64,000 bases of DNA from Lingula anatina. Lineage: Eukaryota; Animalia; Brachiopoda. A program made the translations under genes and the position numbers. How positions within the stretch are numbered: the stretch's first letter is position 1; each line of letters starts with the position of its first letter. Below are positions 10,954 through 24,900 of this stretch, one piece after another. Location: assembly GCA_051362555.1 (NCBI GenBank), contig CM120643.1:27656848-27720847 (forward strand), written 5' to 3'. The notes beneath the pieces were generated by a model, which worked only from the letters and a program-made list of their open reading frames with translations, was not told where the DNA came from and did no database searches.

Positions 10954-13084
10954 GGCGGCTGAAAAGGATAGATTCTGTAGCTTAAAGTTTGAAATTTGCA
11001 TCAATATGTTATCTTAAACTCAACTTCGTGTTTATTTTTAGACATCTTAATTCTATTTCCTTGTTACAAAGGCTGTATCAGGTTATGTTGTTAGGGGTAT
11101 TTCTTCCAAGAAGACATCAATTCAAAATTATACATATATTCAATGACATCAGCTTGAGCATAACGCCATAGACACGAGGAAACCTAAATTAGACCGTTTA
11201 CTGCTAGGAGACCGTCCGGCATTGACAAATAAGTTAGGTTGACCCTTCTGGTTTGTTACTACCCTCTTATATCAGAGCCCCTTTAAAATACTACACAAAA
11301 TCACACTGTGGGGATTTCAACATTTTTGTAACAGACTACTAGCGCACCTGGTGGTCAGAGAATAGTTTCTTACCAAATGTGCTCAACGTATCAGGTTCAT
11401 ACCAAGACAGATCGGCTCAACTTGGCTATAAATCATACTTAAACCTTGGATTTATGCCCGTTTTATGACTCATTTGGAGACGTGACAAGATCAGATGTGA
11501 GAAAACAACACAGGGTTCGGATTTTACTCCAAACTGCACCTTTTTTTCATTAGCAAGCCTCATGCACCGCCTAGCCGCAGCGTCATCGAGGGTGTTTTAC
11601 ACTTGAGGGTGTCTTTCACTTGATACATAGGTATTAGGTATACTGTATAGTTATAATCCGTTTACAATTAGCAGATTATATGACGAAGAAATACTCGCAG
11701 TAATGACGGACCAAATGTCAATATTAGATAGCAACAATAAGATATTGAAAACGATAATAATAAAATGAAATGTCTGTCAGCTAATTAGGCCTATACGACG
11801 AAACAAAAAATACATGTATTACCTTTTGTCACTGCGCTCACTGGAGTGAGGGATCTCATAACATTCTAATTCATCTTTTTTCATAAAACTTATTTCATAT
11901 TCTTTCGTTCACAAAGGGATGAAGCGTTCATTATTCTTCAGAATACATTTAATTTGAAAATTCTTTTGTCATACAAATGAAAACGCCAAACACTTTGTTG
12001 TTTATGTGAATTGATATAACAGCCACATATAACTACCCTGAGTGTCAGAGCAACGTAAAAGCTAGCTTGCTAAATATACCTTGTGGTGGAGTCGCTTTTA
12101 CTAACTCTGAAGACCAGCGGCCATGAAAGTTTTCCATCAATCAAATAGAACTGCTCCGCAGTGAAAATGCAGTTGAATGTCATCAGACCAAAATAAAACG
12201 TAAAACAAATTTAATTCTGCTTTTTTTAATTTTATTTGCTGTATTTAAGATGTAAAATGAAAAAATAAATAATATTCTTCGGAAAGAAAAGATATATCCA
12301 ATGTTTTTGTATTTTTTGCTTATCAAAGAACATTTACAGTAGAAATAATAATTATGTTTCCGTTGTACGACGTTTTAAAAACGTCAGAATGTTTTAATCC
12401 CTATCCTGTGAATAGAAGGGGGCGGACAAACAATGGAAAGCCGTCTAATCCCTTCAAAATTCGAACGCAAAAACACAATAGTTTAGGCGTAATAACACAC
12501 AATACCTTAGGCGAGTGAACCCCATGACGCCTGTTTCTGAGGTCCAGCGCGAGCGCGAAAATCCGCTGTGACTAGGTGTAATTAACCGCAGGATACATCA
12601 GCCAGAAGGTGCCCATTGTTTGTTGCGGCGATAGGATTATAGCTTTAAGATGCTAGAACCCATGCTAACGCGTGTCACTCCCGTGGCCACCTATCCTTAT
12701 ATTTACTAGCTTGGCACGCGCAGCTGATCATGTTTTAAGTGTTGCAAGATAACTGCTAGTTTAATTTAGTATCAGTTATTTAATTCAATATGAAGTGTTC
12801 TGTGGTCAAAAATTAAATTTGATAAACATGCATAAGCATCGTACATCAGCATGATCAACAAATCACCCCGTCTCAAAAAGTTTAAAGATGCTCCGTACAC
12901 AAATTTCCATCATCGCGACCTGTGTAAAAATAGATTACTGTTTAGAAATAACAAAGAAAGAAACATTATTAAAACAATTTATTCACATAACTAGCTGACG
13001 TGTTGCCTCAATTACTACATTAAGTTACATTTTATATAAAATAATAGAGCGAATCCGTAAAAGGATAATAATAGAAAATCTTAA

Positions 13085-13115
<31 letters not shown>

Positions 13116-13116
13116 A

Positions 13117-13284
13117 CAGGCCCGCAGCCAGGGGGAGTTCAAGAGGTTCGAAAGAACCCCCTTTTGCTGGAAAAAGGTCCACTCTGGGTAAAATTTGACA
13201 AAAGTACATAGGGATTTCTCGGTAAAAGGTCCACTTTTTCAGAAAAAGACCCCCCCCCCTTTGAAATTGCTGGCTACGGGCTTG
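13117..13284. mobile_element. Short MITE inserted in a (TAAA)n tract
   Basis: TIRs caggcccgcagccag / ctggctacgggcttg (13/15 match); TAAA repeats on both sides, so the TSD cannot be resolved. Confidence 0.7.
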
Positions 13285-16200
13285 ATAAATAAATAAATAA
13301 ATTATTTAAATAATTAAGTAAATAATTAAATGACATTAAGAATCAAATAAAAAAGATAAAAATTAGATGGTATAAATCATTAAATAAAAGATAAATTATT
13401 TCAAATAATTTAATAAATAAATTATGATTTAATAATTAAATGAATAAATCGCTGTGAAGAAATAATCATTGTCGCAACTAACGCGGTGAGTGGGTACCCA
13501 TTATCAAAGGCCACAGATAGATTTTCACTAGTTACCAGTATAGACAGATGTGTATCTGGTTATTTGATGGGACCTTTTGGCACGCGCGTTAGGGGAACGA
13601 GCACATTAACTAACTTCTTTTAAGATTAAAGTGAGTGTCCTATCATTTGAAAGCCAACAAAATATTTCATTCCACATTAGAGAAATTAGCCTCATAATTA
13701 CATTTGTAATTTTATAACTGGATTTATGTAACTCTTCGCTGTTCAGTAACAGTTATAAAGGAAAGTTAGATTTTGCTTGTATGAAACACACTTTTTATTT
13801 TGATAAAAATCGACTGCGCATGCAGCATATTGATATAAGGCTTTCGATGATAATTGTGCATGAAACGTCAAGTCATTTTTCCTTTTCATAATAGTGCTGG
13901 GCACCCAGGTGTTGAATCTTTTACTCGACGTGCATCTCCTAATATTGTATAGGCATGATTTCAGGTTGTTCCGCAGCGATGACGATTGCGTTCAAAATGG
14001 GTTGTTTGCAGCAAGACGCCCTTATGCTTTGTGATATATGTGAATAAACCTAGCTTACTAAATAACTATTACCAAAGTGAAGCATGGCTCTAGGTTTAAC
14101 AGTCCAAGATTTATTCAATATGGGCAGTTAACTTGGACCAGTCTTGTTTCATTAACTTTGCGAATGAAAGTCTCCGTCGTCAACGTAAATTTCCAATATG
14201 ATTTTACATCACTTATCTGATTTAACAATCTTATTGTTTAGGTTTTGTTTAAGGTTGTATGAGAAAAGATAATGATCGCGTTTAACAATAGATTGAGGGC
14301 TACAGTAAGTCCCTCCTCTTTGGGCGATGTCGAAGACTGTTAATTCAACGTACTTTCATAAACATGTAGTGTGACCACACTGTCAGTCATCCCCCTTGTT
14401 GCACGTTGCAAGCGATTTGTCTCATAACTATGACAAGGCGTTCTTTTTTCTCGTTGTTGTTTAAAAACGGACCACTTTGTCAGGGCTAATTGCTTAGCTC
14501 TTTGCGCGTCATATGTACTTAGCTCTTTGCGCGTTATATGTAAACGCTAAGATATGAATGTTATACCGGGTAGTTGATTGTTTTGCCCGGTCGCCGCACT
14601 TATGCTTTCTTACTAGAGCGATCTAGAACAACTAAGTCGCTAGTTTTCCCTGTTTGTAACTGTAGCAAAATATGTTCGACATGCCGTTTCTGCACGACAG
14701 CCGGAGACACAGTAATTGTATAAGGCATGGTTTAAGCTTGGTCGAGAGATAAGAACAGTCGCGTTTAACAAAAGATAGTAAGACCCCCTCCTCTTTAACT
14801 GATGTCTTACACTGTTAATATTGACCGCACTTTCATATATTATGTAATACACTGTCAGACTTTCCCCTGTTGCACGTTGGCGTTTGATTGTACTTGTGCC
14901 TCTGTCAATGCACCTCATTTAGTTTAAATATTTTTACCGCATAAACCTTTGTGGTTTAGAGTTATTAGTTTAGTAGTAGGAATAGGATGCTTGGAAAAAA
15001 AGCTTCTAGTCATCTCGCTTAGACCTAGGGTGTGATGCTGTTATCATCCGAGGAAACACCTACACTGAATCCTCTACCTGAAGTCCCTAGCTGAAACAAA
15101 AAATGCCCCTTGAACCGGTCCATTTTTAAAGCGTCGAATCATTTTTGATATCATTGAGCGTCGTAAACGAAAGCTTTTAAGTGACAAAAACAGAACCGTG
15201 TGGTGATTATTTATTAAAGCGTAGTTTTATTCATCATGATCTATCTTGTAAACAATACTTGCCTAGATTTTACTTGGATTGATCATCGTCACTGTTTGGC
15301 TACTCGCCTATAATGCGTGCTGAACGACAGACAACTTATAAATATTATCTGTGTTACTGTGTATATGACCACGTTAAGTTAAAATAGGACGGTGTCGGTG
15401 ATTTAATCCATCCAACATATTTATATTTCTTCTTTTAAAACCAGTGTTAGGTTAACATTAAGTCAAAGCAAGCCTTGCAGATTGATTTTGTTTAAATTTT
15501 CGTAAATTAAGTAAAGCTAAGTAAAGCCTGTTTCTAGTTCATCCACGCTATAAAACTGCATAAAGGATAACAAGTCTCTGTAGCCAATTAACTTTCACAA
15601 TGTCCTGTGCTTTAGAGTCCCATGTTATACAATAAAATGAGTATGGCCTGAGAGAAATATAAATGTGAGGCCGTGTATGAAGATGTTTCAAATAATAAAA
15701 ATCAAGAATTTAAACATGTTCGGTACACGCACATCACTTAATAAGTCATTTCACAAAAATGGCATCCAATTAAATTTTTCACTTTTATCGATCTCAACGC
15801 CTTGTCTGATGTTTACATGTAGGCGGTATACTCCAATATTAATTGCGAACAATATCAACAGCGACTCGAGATCGTTGCCTGTCTTTCACACTTTCACACA
15901 AACTCATGAAGGGTTAATAAAAGGATTCGCGTTGCGACATCTATCTCTTTCTTTCGGAAAAGCAAATTAAGGGCTGACCCGAAGTAAGCTTTCATAACTA
16001 ATTTCTCTTTGACTGTACAGGGGTATATTGTAATTACTCCACTTGGTCGCCTCCATTGTCTGGTAACAGTGACAAAGAATGTGTTTTCACACGCTAGTTT
16101 ACATAACTCCTTTACCTTGTGTCTTTATCAAGGTTATAATCAGTTTGAATAGGTTGTCTTGCCTCACTTAAAAAGGGAGTTGTTCTTCACACTGGTTGTT

Positions 16201-18007
16201 GCCTAAGTTATGCTAACCTACTTTGTACAATTATGGTTTTAATACATCGCCAAAATTACGACACTAGTGAACATTGTGTATCAAACGTTTTGATACGATT
16301 AAATAAATGTGCAGGAAGGATTACGGAATGAGTTACTATTTACCTCCCCCCCCCCCCACGCGCCCCCCAAAAAATGCTCTTTTGATTTCGAAATGAATTT
16401 GTTTTTTAACGCAAAGAAGTCCAAAACCCCTTTCACGACTCAGTCATTGTACAGCATGTTTTAATCGATATTTAAAAAAGTTAATTTTTGTACCCCGCCT
16501 TTCAGTGTTTATTGTGGTGCTTGCTTTCATCGGGGACACTGCCTGTTGAGGTTACAATTACGTCGCTAGCCTATCTCCATAGGTTACTGGAATATATCTA
16601 AGTACACGTAAAGCTTTGTAAAGTCTCTTTTGTCACACATCATAGTTATTGAATTTTGTCTTGAATGAAAAAATACCCTCAAATTATCGTTTTGTGCTTA
16701 AACATTTCATAACTTGGACCGCAGTTTGATATACAGTGTACTGTAGCTACAATGGCATTCCTCAAGTTGCGTCTGCTGGGGGAGGGGGGCATTTAAATGG
16801 TAAACGAAGAAGTCCACCTGTAAACAGCAGCGGTTTAAATGATCGCTATCTCGGTTCCTTTTTCTTTGACAGCATCATAGAAAATGTTAAAGGAGAAAGT
16901 CACACATGCCCACGGCGTTGTTTTGTCTTCAGCATTTCCTCCTTCTTGCTTACTGCAATTATTATCGTCAATTAATGAAACCGAGAAAGCAATTAAATGA
17001 TGGCACATTGAATATAATCACTAGGTGCATTTCGCTGAGTGTTAACAAGATCTAGCAAAACATTTTATTTCAAAATAAATTTATATGTGATTTTACCTCT
17101 GTCGTGTGTGTTATTTCAAACAAAACGATTTCCTGAAAGACCAACTTTAAAATGTATGTCTATTCAGCAAAATAATGTAATTAAATACAACTATGAGTAA
17201 TGTATTTAAACTACGACCGTATGTGCGATGGCCATGTGGGATTATAATTGCATACCTTGATGCAAAACAGTCTATCGTTTCTTCCACCGCGAGTCCCTTT
17301 AATTAATGTATTATATTACTCTTTACCCTTTTTATTTGACACTGTCTCCGTTTCTCTCCCCTTTTCCTTTCTCTTGTAAGAAGGAGGGCAAATAATTAAG
17401 CATTCGAAATATGCATCACCAATCTTCAGAAAAGAATGAGTGAATGAACCATTGGGCTGACCCACAACGTCCGACACAGCAGAATAAATTAAGTAACAGC
17501 TTTCACAGATTTAACTGCATTTAGCTGTATAGCGTCACTATATACATAATCCGCTGCACGCGCGAAGCTGTTGAACAAAAGGATAGTTCTCTATGGAAGA
17601 CCTTTTGTTTACATAAGTACTCTAAGGGGGCGTGCCTAACCAGGCGACAAGAGGATTAGGCTAGTCACTATATTCCGTCAAAATCGTTTAGCGACCCTAT
17701 CATTATCACACTCCCTCTATTGTATTTTCTGACGTTATAATTGTATCTAATCTTCTTACGTTAGATGGAATAAATGCACACATACATAATCTTATGACTG
17801 TAGTCCTGAGATATACACGTGCACAATACATGTGCTTGCCGTGTGCCAAATTTGACAGCTACGCCCGATACCACTATATATAAGGGCTGCGCAATGGCTA
17901 CACGAAAATAAGTTTTTGCAGCAGAATGTTGCTTGTATTGTGGCACTGACCTTCGACTGCAAGATATTTTCAATTCAAACTTCTAACTCCGCGTCAGGCA
18001 CTTTAAT

Positions 18008-18954
18008 CAGGGATGCTAGTGGGGTCCGGAAAGAAAACCTGAACTTTTTTTTGGCAAAGACGGGGGGGGGGGGGGGGGGGACAAATTGATTATGAAACAA
18101 TTACTATATTTCAAATTTTATTTAATAAATATATTGCAATATATGTCATCACAACTTCATGGTAATTTTCAACAGTTGTTTCCAAGGATAATCTTGACAT
18201 TGACAAGATGGAAGTGCCATCAGTACATAAACACCTACCACCCATAGTAGACAGTAATGATCCCTCACGTAAGCTTGATAATCACCAGCATGATAATGAT
18301 AGTCACTAAATGTTAATCCCTTTCATTTATCATTTTCAAAGATTGGTAATGGCTTTCGTGGTAATGCCCAAGCAACAAAAATGTGTAAAGACAACTACGT
18401 GCTTTGGCATGCTTAGTTGTTTTAGCATGGTTTTTCAGAGCTTTTTTACCACTGCTTCCGTACCGGATCACGTCGTTGCACCATACACATCAAGCTTCTC
18501 CGGGGGACTTTCGCTTCCGAACATAGGTAGAAAAAAAAATCGTCATTATTGTCCTTTTCCTCCAGCCAACTCCAACTAAATCTATTTTTGACAGTAATGT
18601 CGATGTTTCTAATATCGTCTGTTCCCCTCTCCGCGAAATCCATTTAGTTTGGTTTAGTTCAAAATTCCGCGCACGCGGTGTCAAAACTTTCCACATGGGT
18701 GCCGACATTAAAGCCTACATTTCCAACCAATCAAGCGCCATAAATAAATCACGTGCTACGGTTGTGACTAGATATTGTGTTGAAACGCAGCTCTGTCGCA
18801 ATGGTTGAAATGCGACGTTCCTCTGACGCATCGTTCGTCCAGTCCGCGACCACGTTAAAACGAGAATTCCGGAACAAAATATAGTACCAGAAAATTTTAT
18901 AACTGGACGCAAAAAACCGGAATTCCGGTAAAAACCGGAAGACTAGCATCCCTG
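18008..18954 (-). mobile_element. Internally deleted hAT-like DNA transposon with a relic transposase N-terminal zinc finger
   Basis: Perfect 13-bp TIRs cagggatgctagt / actagcatccctg flanked by TTTAAT on both sides. The minus strand reads VKNRFSWSWLEEKD, then after a frameshift YVRKRKSPGEA*CVWCNDVIRYGSSGKKALKNHAKTTKH (CxxC...HxxxxxH). Confidence 0.75.
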
Positions 18955-20047
18955 TTTAATTGCTTCTTGTCTCGCCTGCACGAGACTTCAGCGCAAGGCG
19001 GGAAAGGCAGCTCCAGGCGGCCAAACCTGTGACGTACGAGACTTATGACTTCCAAATATGGATCCAGGCGGACACAGCTGTGACGTGTGACTTCCAAATA
19101 TGGAAGCGCCCCAGGCAGAATTTTGAAGAAGAACGCCCCCGAGTTGCCACTGTTCGCTAGAGCTTGGTATTGCTACTATGGGTTATATATGAAATCAAGA
19201 TCGAGCTGGCAATACCGGAATCTAGAACCTAGGGAACATATAACTATTTATAGGCAAGACGGGTTGGTGGTAATTTCGGTGCTTTAGACTTCAACAAATA
19301 GTAAGCAGTTTAAAAGACAAAAGCTGTCCTGATAATTTATCGATCTTCAGGCTATATACGTGTACACCCGCGAGTCTATTGGGTGGGGTCAGTGTGAGAC
19401 ACACAGGGGCAATACCACGCCTCTTCGGCACCCACGTGGTATAAAATATATATGTGTGTGTGTGTGGGTATCGCCGAAGTGGCAATTTTGTAAATCGGGA
19501 TTTCGACTTTGACTTTTGAATGCAGATCAAAAATTAGGAGTCAGAATTTTTTCAAGATGGCCTCCAATGCCCATTAAGAATTATTTAATTGTATACAGTA
19601 GATATATAATGTTTGACCATGCACGTAAATCCACTTAAAATAGTTTATTCACACTGGTTACAGTGGTTACTGGTTACAATGCAGCCCAGTACTATTTCAA
19701 TCGAGAGAAGTACCACACCACCTAAACAACGATCATTGCTAAATGTATAATTGGCCTAACGTGCTGGAAATCACAATTTTGCTCCTTTTTTATTGAAATA
19801 TAAATAAACATGCTTACATAACTATTGGCCAAGAAACCGCTTTGGTCGATATCAAGACATTCAAATAAACGTGTCAATTTTTGTCAGCACATAGTTTCAT
19901 CAATACAGTCAAACTGAATCCAAAGCATGTGATGCACAGTTCCAATTTATGCATCAAAAGTGAACGGAACTGATTATACAGCCCGTAATATTAAGCAACA
20001 GGTTGGCTGAAGGAAAGTTGTTTCTATGGCAACGCTCCCTGCAGGTC

Positions 20048-21839
20048 TCAGAACAAGTCGATTAATGGATCATACGGAGGTTCCGCACCTACTCTGAGAA
20101 CACATTTCTTAGGTGTTCCCTTGTGCAAAATTGACGATGCCATCTCGTAGATCTGCTTCATGTAGAGTTTCTGACCAACAGCAACAACACAAATAATTAT
20201 TCCTGAAATAACAAAGTAGTTTATGTAATAGACGAATGTAGAGAAAGGCAAAATTATATTTTAATGAACTAACTCCTGTTTTATTGATATGCCGCGCTTT
20301 AAATATTTACAGATTCCGTTAATTTAAAATTAGCCTTGAAGTACAAACCTTTCTTCTTCATGGTTTTTGCCTTGGCCACAGGGTTTACCTCACCGGTCGT
20401 ATGTTTTCCATCAGTGAATATAAAGACCAGACGTTTACCAGCGACACCGAGCTCTTTTTCACACAACTCCAACCCTTTAGCTGGATGTGTCAAACTTCCT
20501 GTGAATATGGTGAAGGATGCTTTAACGAACCTTATCTAATTCCGTAAATAAATAATTTCATTTAATGTTGCTATTTTTATTTTCACTAAAGCAGAAATAT
20601 ACGTACTGTGTTAGCTATTTTATTGACTTATTGATATTATTGTTTTTTGAATTTTCAAGTAATCCATTTTCTTTCTTACAATATGTAATAACTGATACCA
20701 AACTGCATGGTTTGAGAATTTTAATTCTGAAATGCTTAATACTTAATAATGCTTAATGCTTAATACTTTGCACAAAAACAAAAACTGCGTTAGTTACAGT
20801 GTATTTAAATTAATGCATGCACACGTTTTTAGCTGTAGGGGTGCGTGCGCGTGTATCCGAACGTGTGCATTTCTGTATGTATGAATATATGTTTGTATGT
20901 ATGTATGTTAAAACTAGCGTTTGTGTGTCAGTGACTGGAGTACACGTGATGAGAGATATTCAGTAATGTATTTTACAGTAACAATTACAAAATTGTCTTC
21001 CTTACCTACTTTCGACACCAGGGTAGAAGAAGTATCAATATCAGATGGCAGTATGGTCCCCAGTTTGTGGATGACCTTTGTCGCCTCGGTGTCATAGAAG
21101 CGTACCAGGCCAAGCTTGTGTTTTTGGGGGCCTATACTGATGGGATCAGGGGTGTTGTTAATGATTCTTATGATGTCCTAAAACAAAATTTATTTTACTT
21201 TATATCAGTTATTTAGATATAAGTTTCACCTTTAATGTTAGCAATTGGCAGCTATGAATGGGTAAGGAGCGTTGGTATGTTAGATATGGTATCTGGAATA
21301 AAAAGCACTGTTATAAAAATTTACACTCTCTGAATAAAGTCAGATTAACGGAATGAAACCCCCCTCGAGCAGCAAAGGGGTGTTTAAGCTTGATGTGCGT
21401 TTCACTTGGGGAAGCATATTCACTTCGTTTTCAGTGCGACCGACAATCTAAATAAAGGTCAGTTATTTAAATAATTACTTCTGTTTCACATATTATAATA
21501 TAAATGTGTTTTGACTAATTAATATCAGTAGTGAGTGCGTAAAGAAAATAACAGGAGAGGAAGAATCCACATTATACCAGGTAGCTACCATTTCTAAATA
21601 CACAATGAGCCGAACTTAGAGTTGCGTATTTCACCAAAGTCACGGTATCTCACCCTGCACAATAATTTACTATCCAACCATTCCCCGAGGCTGATGCTAC
21701 CACTGCTGTCCAAAGCAAACATCACTTTCCAGTAGGGAGGAGATTTACTCATCAGAACCTTGATAATCTGGTCGGGTGTCAGAGCTTCTTGTCCCATTCC
21801 GACAACAACTAGCAGTATCAGTGCTACTGCCTTCAGCAT
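20048..21839 (-). CDS. Secreted single von Willebrand factor A domain protein, paralog A (possibly promoterless)
   Basis: Exons 21839-21654, 21177-21006, 20498-20349, 20202-20048; phases 0/1/1 are consistent. Signal peptide MLKAVALILLVVVGMG; MIDAS FALDSSGSI, GLVRF, GSLTHP, FIFTDG, ICVVAVG, IYEMAS; TGA at 20050-20048. Confidence 0.82.
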
Positions 21840-21962
21840 CAGTGGCAGCTTTCACGTATGTTAGTAGAGAGTATGCGGATTTGAATTGCAATGAAATGCT
21901 TCGGCGTAGAGAGCAATGCATTAATGTAGATTGCAAAATGATTTATCAACCTTATATGTTAA

Positions 21963-24900
21963 GTGTGTGTCCACGAGAAAACCAAACCAAATGTAGAAAA
22001 TGCGGCAAGGTGGGGGTGAACGGATTTACATCATATTTGGTGTGTTTGAACCTTTATATGAACAAAATCTGAGGCTGCAATATTTCCTGAAAAAAATCCC
22101 TACTTACAGAGATATGGCCAGTGACAATTTGGGGGGTTTATCAACCAAAAATTCTTCTGAAAAACAGGGTTATATTGATTGGCCTTAAAGTTTATACAGG
22201 TGTCACCAAATGATTTAGTTTGGTGATATATTATAACCTAAAGATAGGGGATTAAAATGATATACACTTTTTCCACTCTCTTTGTTTCCATAGTAACAAA
22301 CCAAGCGTTTTTCTCAGGCCTACAAACAACATGCTTTGAACACCCCTCTTCTATTTTTGACAATATCTTCATCTTCACAGGTCTTTAGGGTAAAGCGTGT
22401 TCAGGACTAACAGATAACTCATTAATCTATTTATACATGAAATCAAAACTTACTGCTGTTCTACAACTTGTCCGTTGTAACAGATAGAACATGACCTAAT
22501 TTCTTCATTTTTCGTAAATATATCCGAACACATATATCGGTGCACTGAACTTCAGCTATCTCTTTCAAGTCAACGAATGGTTTAAAACACTGTTAGTTGA
22601 ACTTTTTATTTTCATTTTACCTATTCTAATTTTTTTCTGGTTAAAACAAGCATCTAACACATTTTAAAATCATGTGAAACTAATGTACTAACGTCAGAAC
22701 AACACAACGTCATTATCCAACATGGCGGAAATCGCAGACTGTTTACAAATATTCCTCAACGAAGTCGTATATCATGTGGTTTATACTCTGTCTACAGATA
22801 TAAAAAAACATGTAGTGTATTGAAAAATTGCAACAGAGATATTAACAGTCATCTTCGTCGCGTTTACGTGAAGCAAAACAGCGTGAGTTACGAAAGCAAA
22901 CTGATTCTTGTCAGGTGTGAATTCTTTTGTATCCGATGACAGCAATTGGACTTTTTCAAGTATCTTTGGGAGAATAAATGGGTTACACCATGTGACCAGC
23001 ACTGGGGTATGGGCTTGGTTTGTGCTGGAAACCATCCACACAGGGGAAAACGAGCCTATTACGAAATATGTCATGGGATTAACTTGCAGATGTCAGTGTA
23101 GACAAAAAGCCATTTGAATATACTGATGCCACCTGGTTCAGGTAAGAAACGGGTTTGTTTGTATTTTAATACAGGCTAAAATCCAGAAAAAAAGTTCACT
23201 CAGAAAAATGATCTAGGTGTAATTTTTTAATGGTAAACGGTCCATTTTTTAAAAAAGAAAAATGCCCCCTTTCAAATAATGAAATTGCAGCCTAAGGACC
23301 TGTGATAATTTTATCTTTTAAGCTATATTTGTGTGGGTATTTATGTAGGTTTAATGGTACTTGGGTAAAATAAATTTAAGGGTAACAATTGGAATTAGAT
23401 TGAAGCTAGGGCTGGTCTTGGCAAAATTGCTAGGCTCATAATTAATATTCGAAACCATGCCTTACTTATAAAACATGGACAAATGGGATAATAATTTATT
23501 TTTCATCAATGTATCAATTAACTTTCAGATAAGTGTTTTCATGTGTCTATAGTAAGCTATATTTATATTTCAGGCATATTTGAGAAGTGTTATTTGACAC
23601 ACAGTGATCTTATGGTCAGCAAAAGAGTCCAAAGTCTTGCAGGAACTAGACCTAGTGTGGAAATGACGGCTGTTGTAGAAAGGCATGTATATAAATGAAA
23701 GCCACAATATAACAAATGCTGAGGAGAGGCATGAGGCCCTAGTTTCTGCAGTTGGAGCCATTTTCTACATCCAGCTAGAAAAAACATCTTCCAAACCTGC
23801 GTGGACTGGAGTGTCCAATTACAACAATTTAGCTTTCTTGATTCCTACAACATGAGAAAAGGTGTCTCCCTTCCTTGAGCAGTTTTAACATGAGTGATAC
23901 TGATGTTAAAGTTAATTTGGGTTTTTCTGAGGCAAATATGCCAACTGGGACTATACCAAGCAAGATCACAAACAGGGAAATTTTTTCTTGTCCAGAGAAG
24001 TTTTCTCTGAAATCTTTTGCTACTAAGACTGAAGAGTATTTGTAAGGTCCTTTTTTAGACCACAGTTATGAAATGTGCCAAAAAAAAAAAAAAACAGCTT
24101 TTGATCAAATTAAAGTCTAGTGGGCCAACAATCTGACTAAAGAAAAACTTAAAGCACATCAGCTGTGAGAGAACTCCACCCTCTTGAATATCTCACTGAG
24201 TTACACAATGGATGAGCTATAAAGTCATCTAAACCTTTGAAACTATATTCAAATAAAGTAAAGGAGTTTTTACTGAAGGAGTTTAGAAGGGCACAAGAAA
24301 CAGGCCAGCAGAACCTAGCATTTGTGAGCATGAAGATGAGATTGAAATGTCAGTAAAGAGGGTTATAGACTATTCAGGAAGAAAAAATCGGCAGTTATTT
24401 TTGAATGTATTAAAAACTTTGATGTTATGAGCTGTAATGTTTGATACAAAACTGCAAAGATGTTTCATAACACCAGGATATATTTTGCGGTTGTGTTAGT
24501 TTTGCTTTTTGAATAGAAAATTATCTTGTTTTGCTACATTATGATATAGTTTGTAATGATCACAACTAATGTTGCACTGCTTTGCATGTATTGCTATATT
24601 ATAATTTTGTGATTTTTTTTATTATTTGTAATTATTCATCTGAGACAACAATAAACTAAATTTAATAATTTTTTAGTTACTGTATGCTCATAAATAGTCA
24701 CCAAAAAGTGGTGTGGATGATTAAAAAAAACTGTTGATAATTAAAAAAGATTTGTTCTGGCTTTGCTATCATAAATACTATGGCATATCCTGATCTCTAT
24801 ATGATAAATATTGCACCAAAAAGAAATCGCTACTAAACTAAGATTTTAATTTGTATTCACCAAATTGATGATATTAAAAAATATATATATATATTAAAAT

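Noticed and set aside
14330-14900. Degenerate ~90-bp direct duplication (~14335 and ~14810) and a 25-bp tandem pair at ~14492
   Set aside because: No termini, ORF or structure; ordinary local duplication.
11000-17900. Hidden gene or structured RNA in the long intergenic region
   Set aside because: I found no convincing exon chain, tRNA, snRNA or ribozyme core by eye; short ncRNAs or enhancers cannot be excluded.
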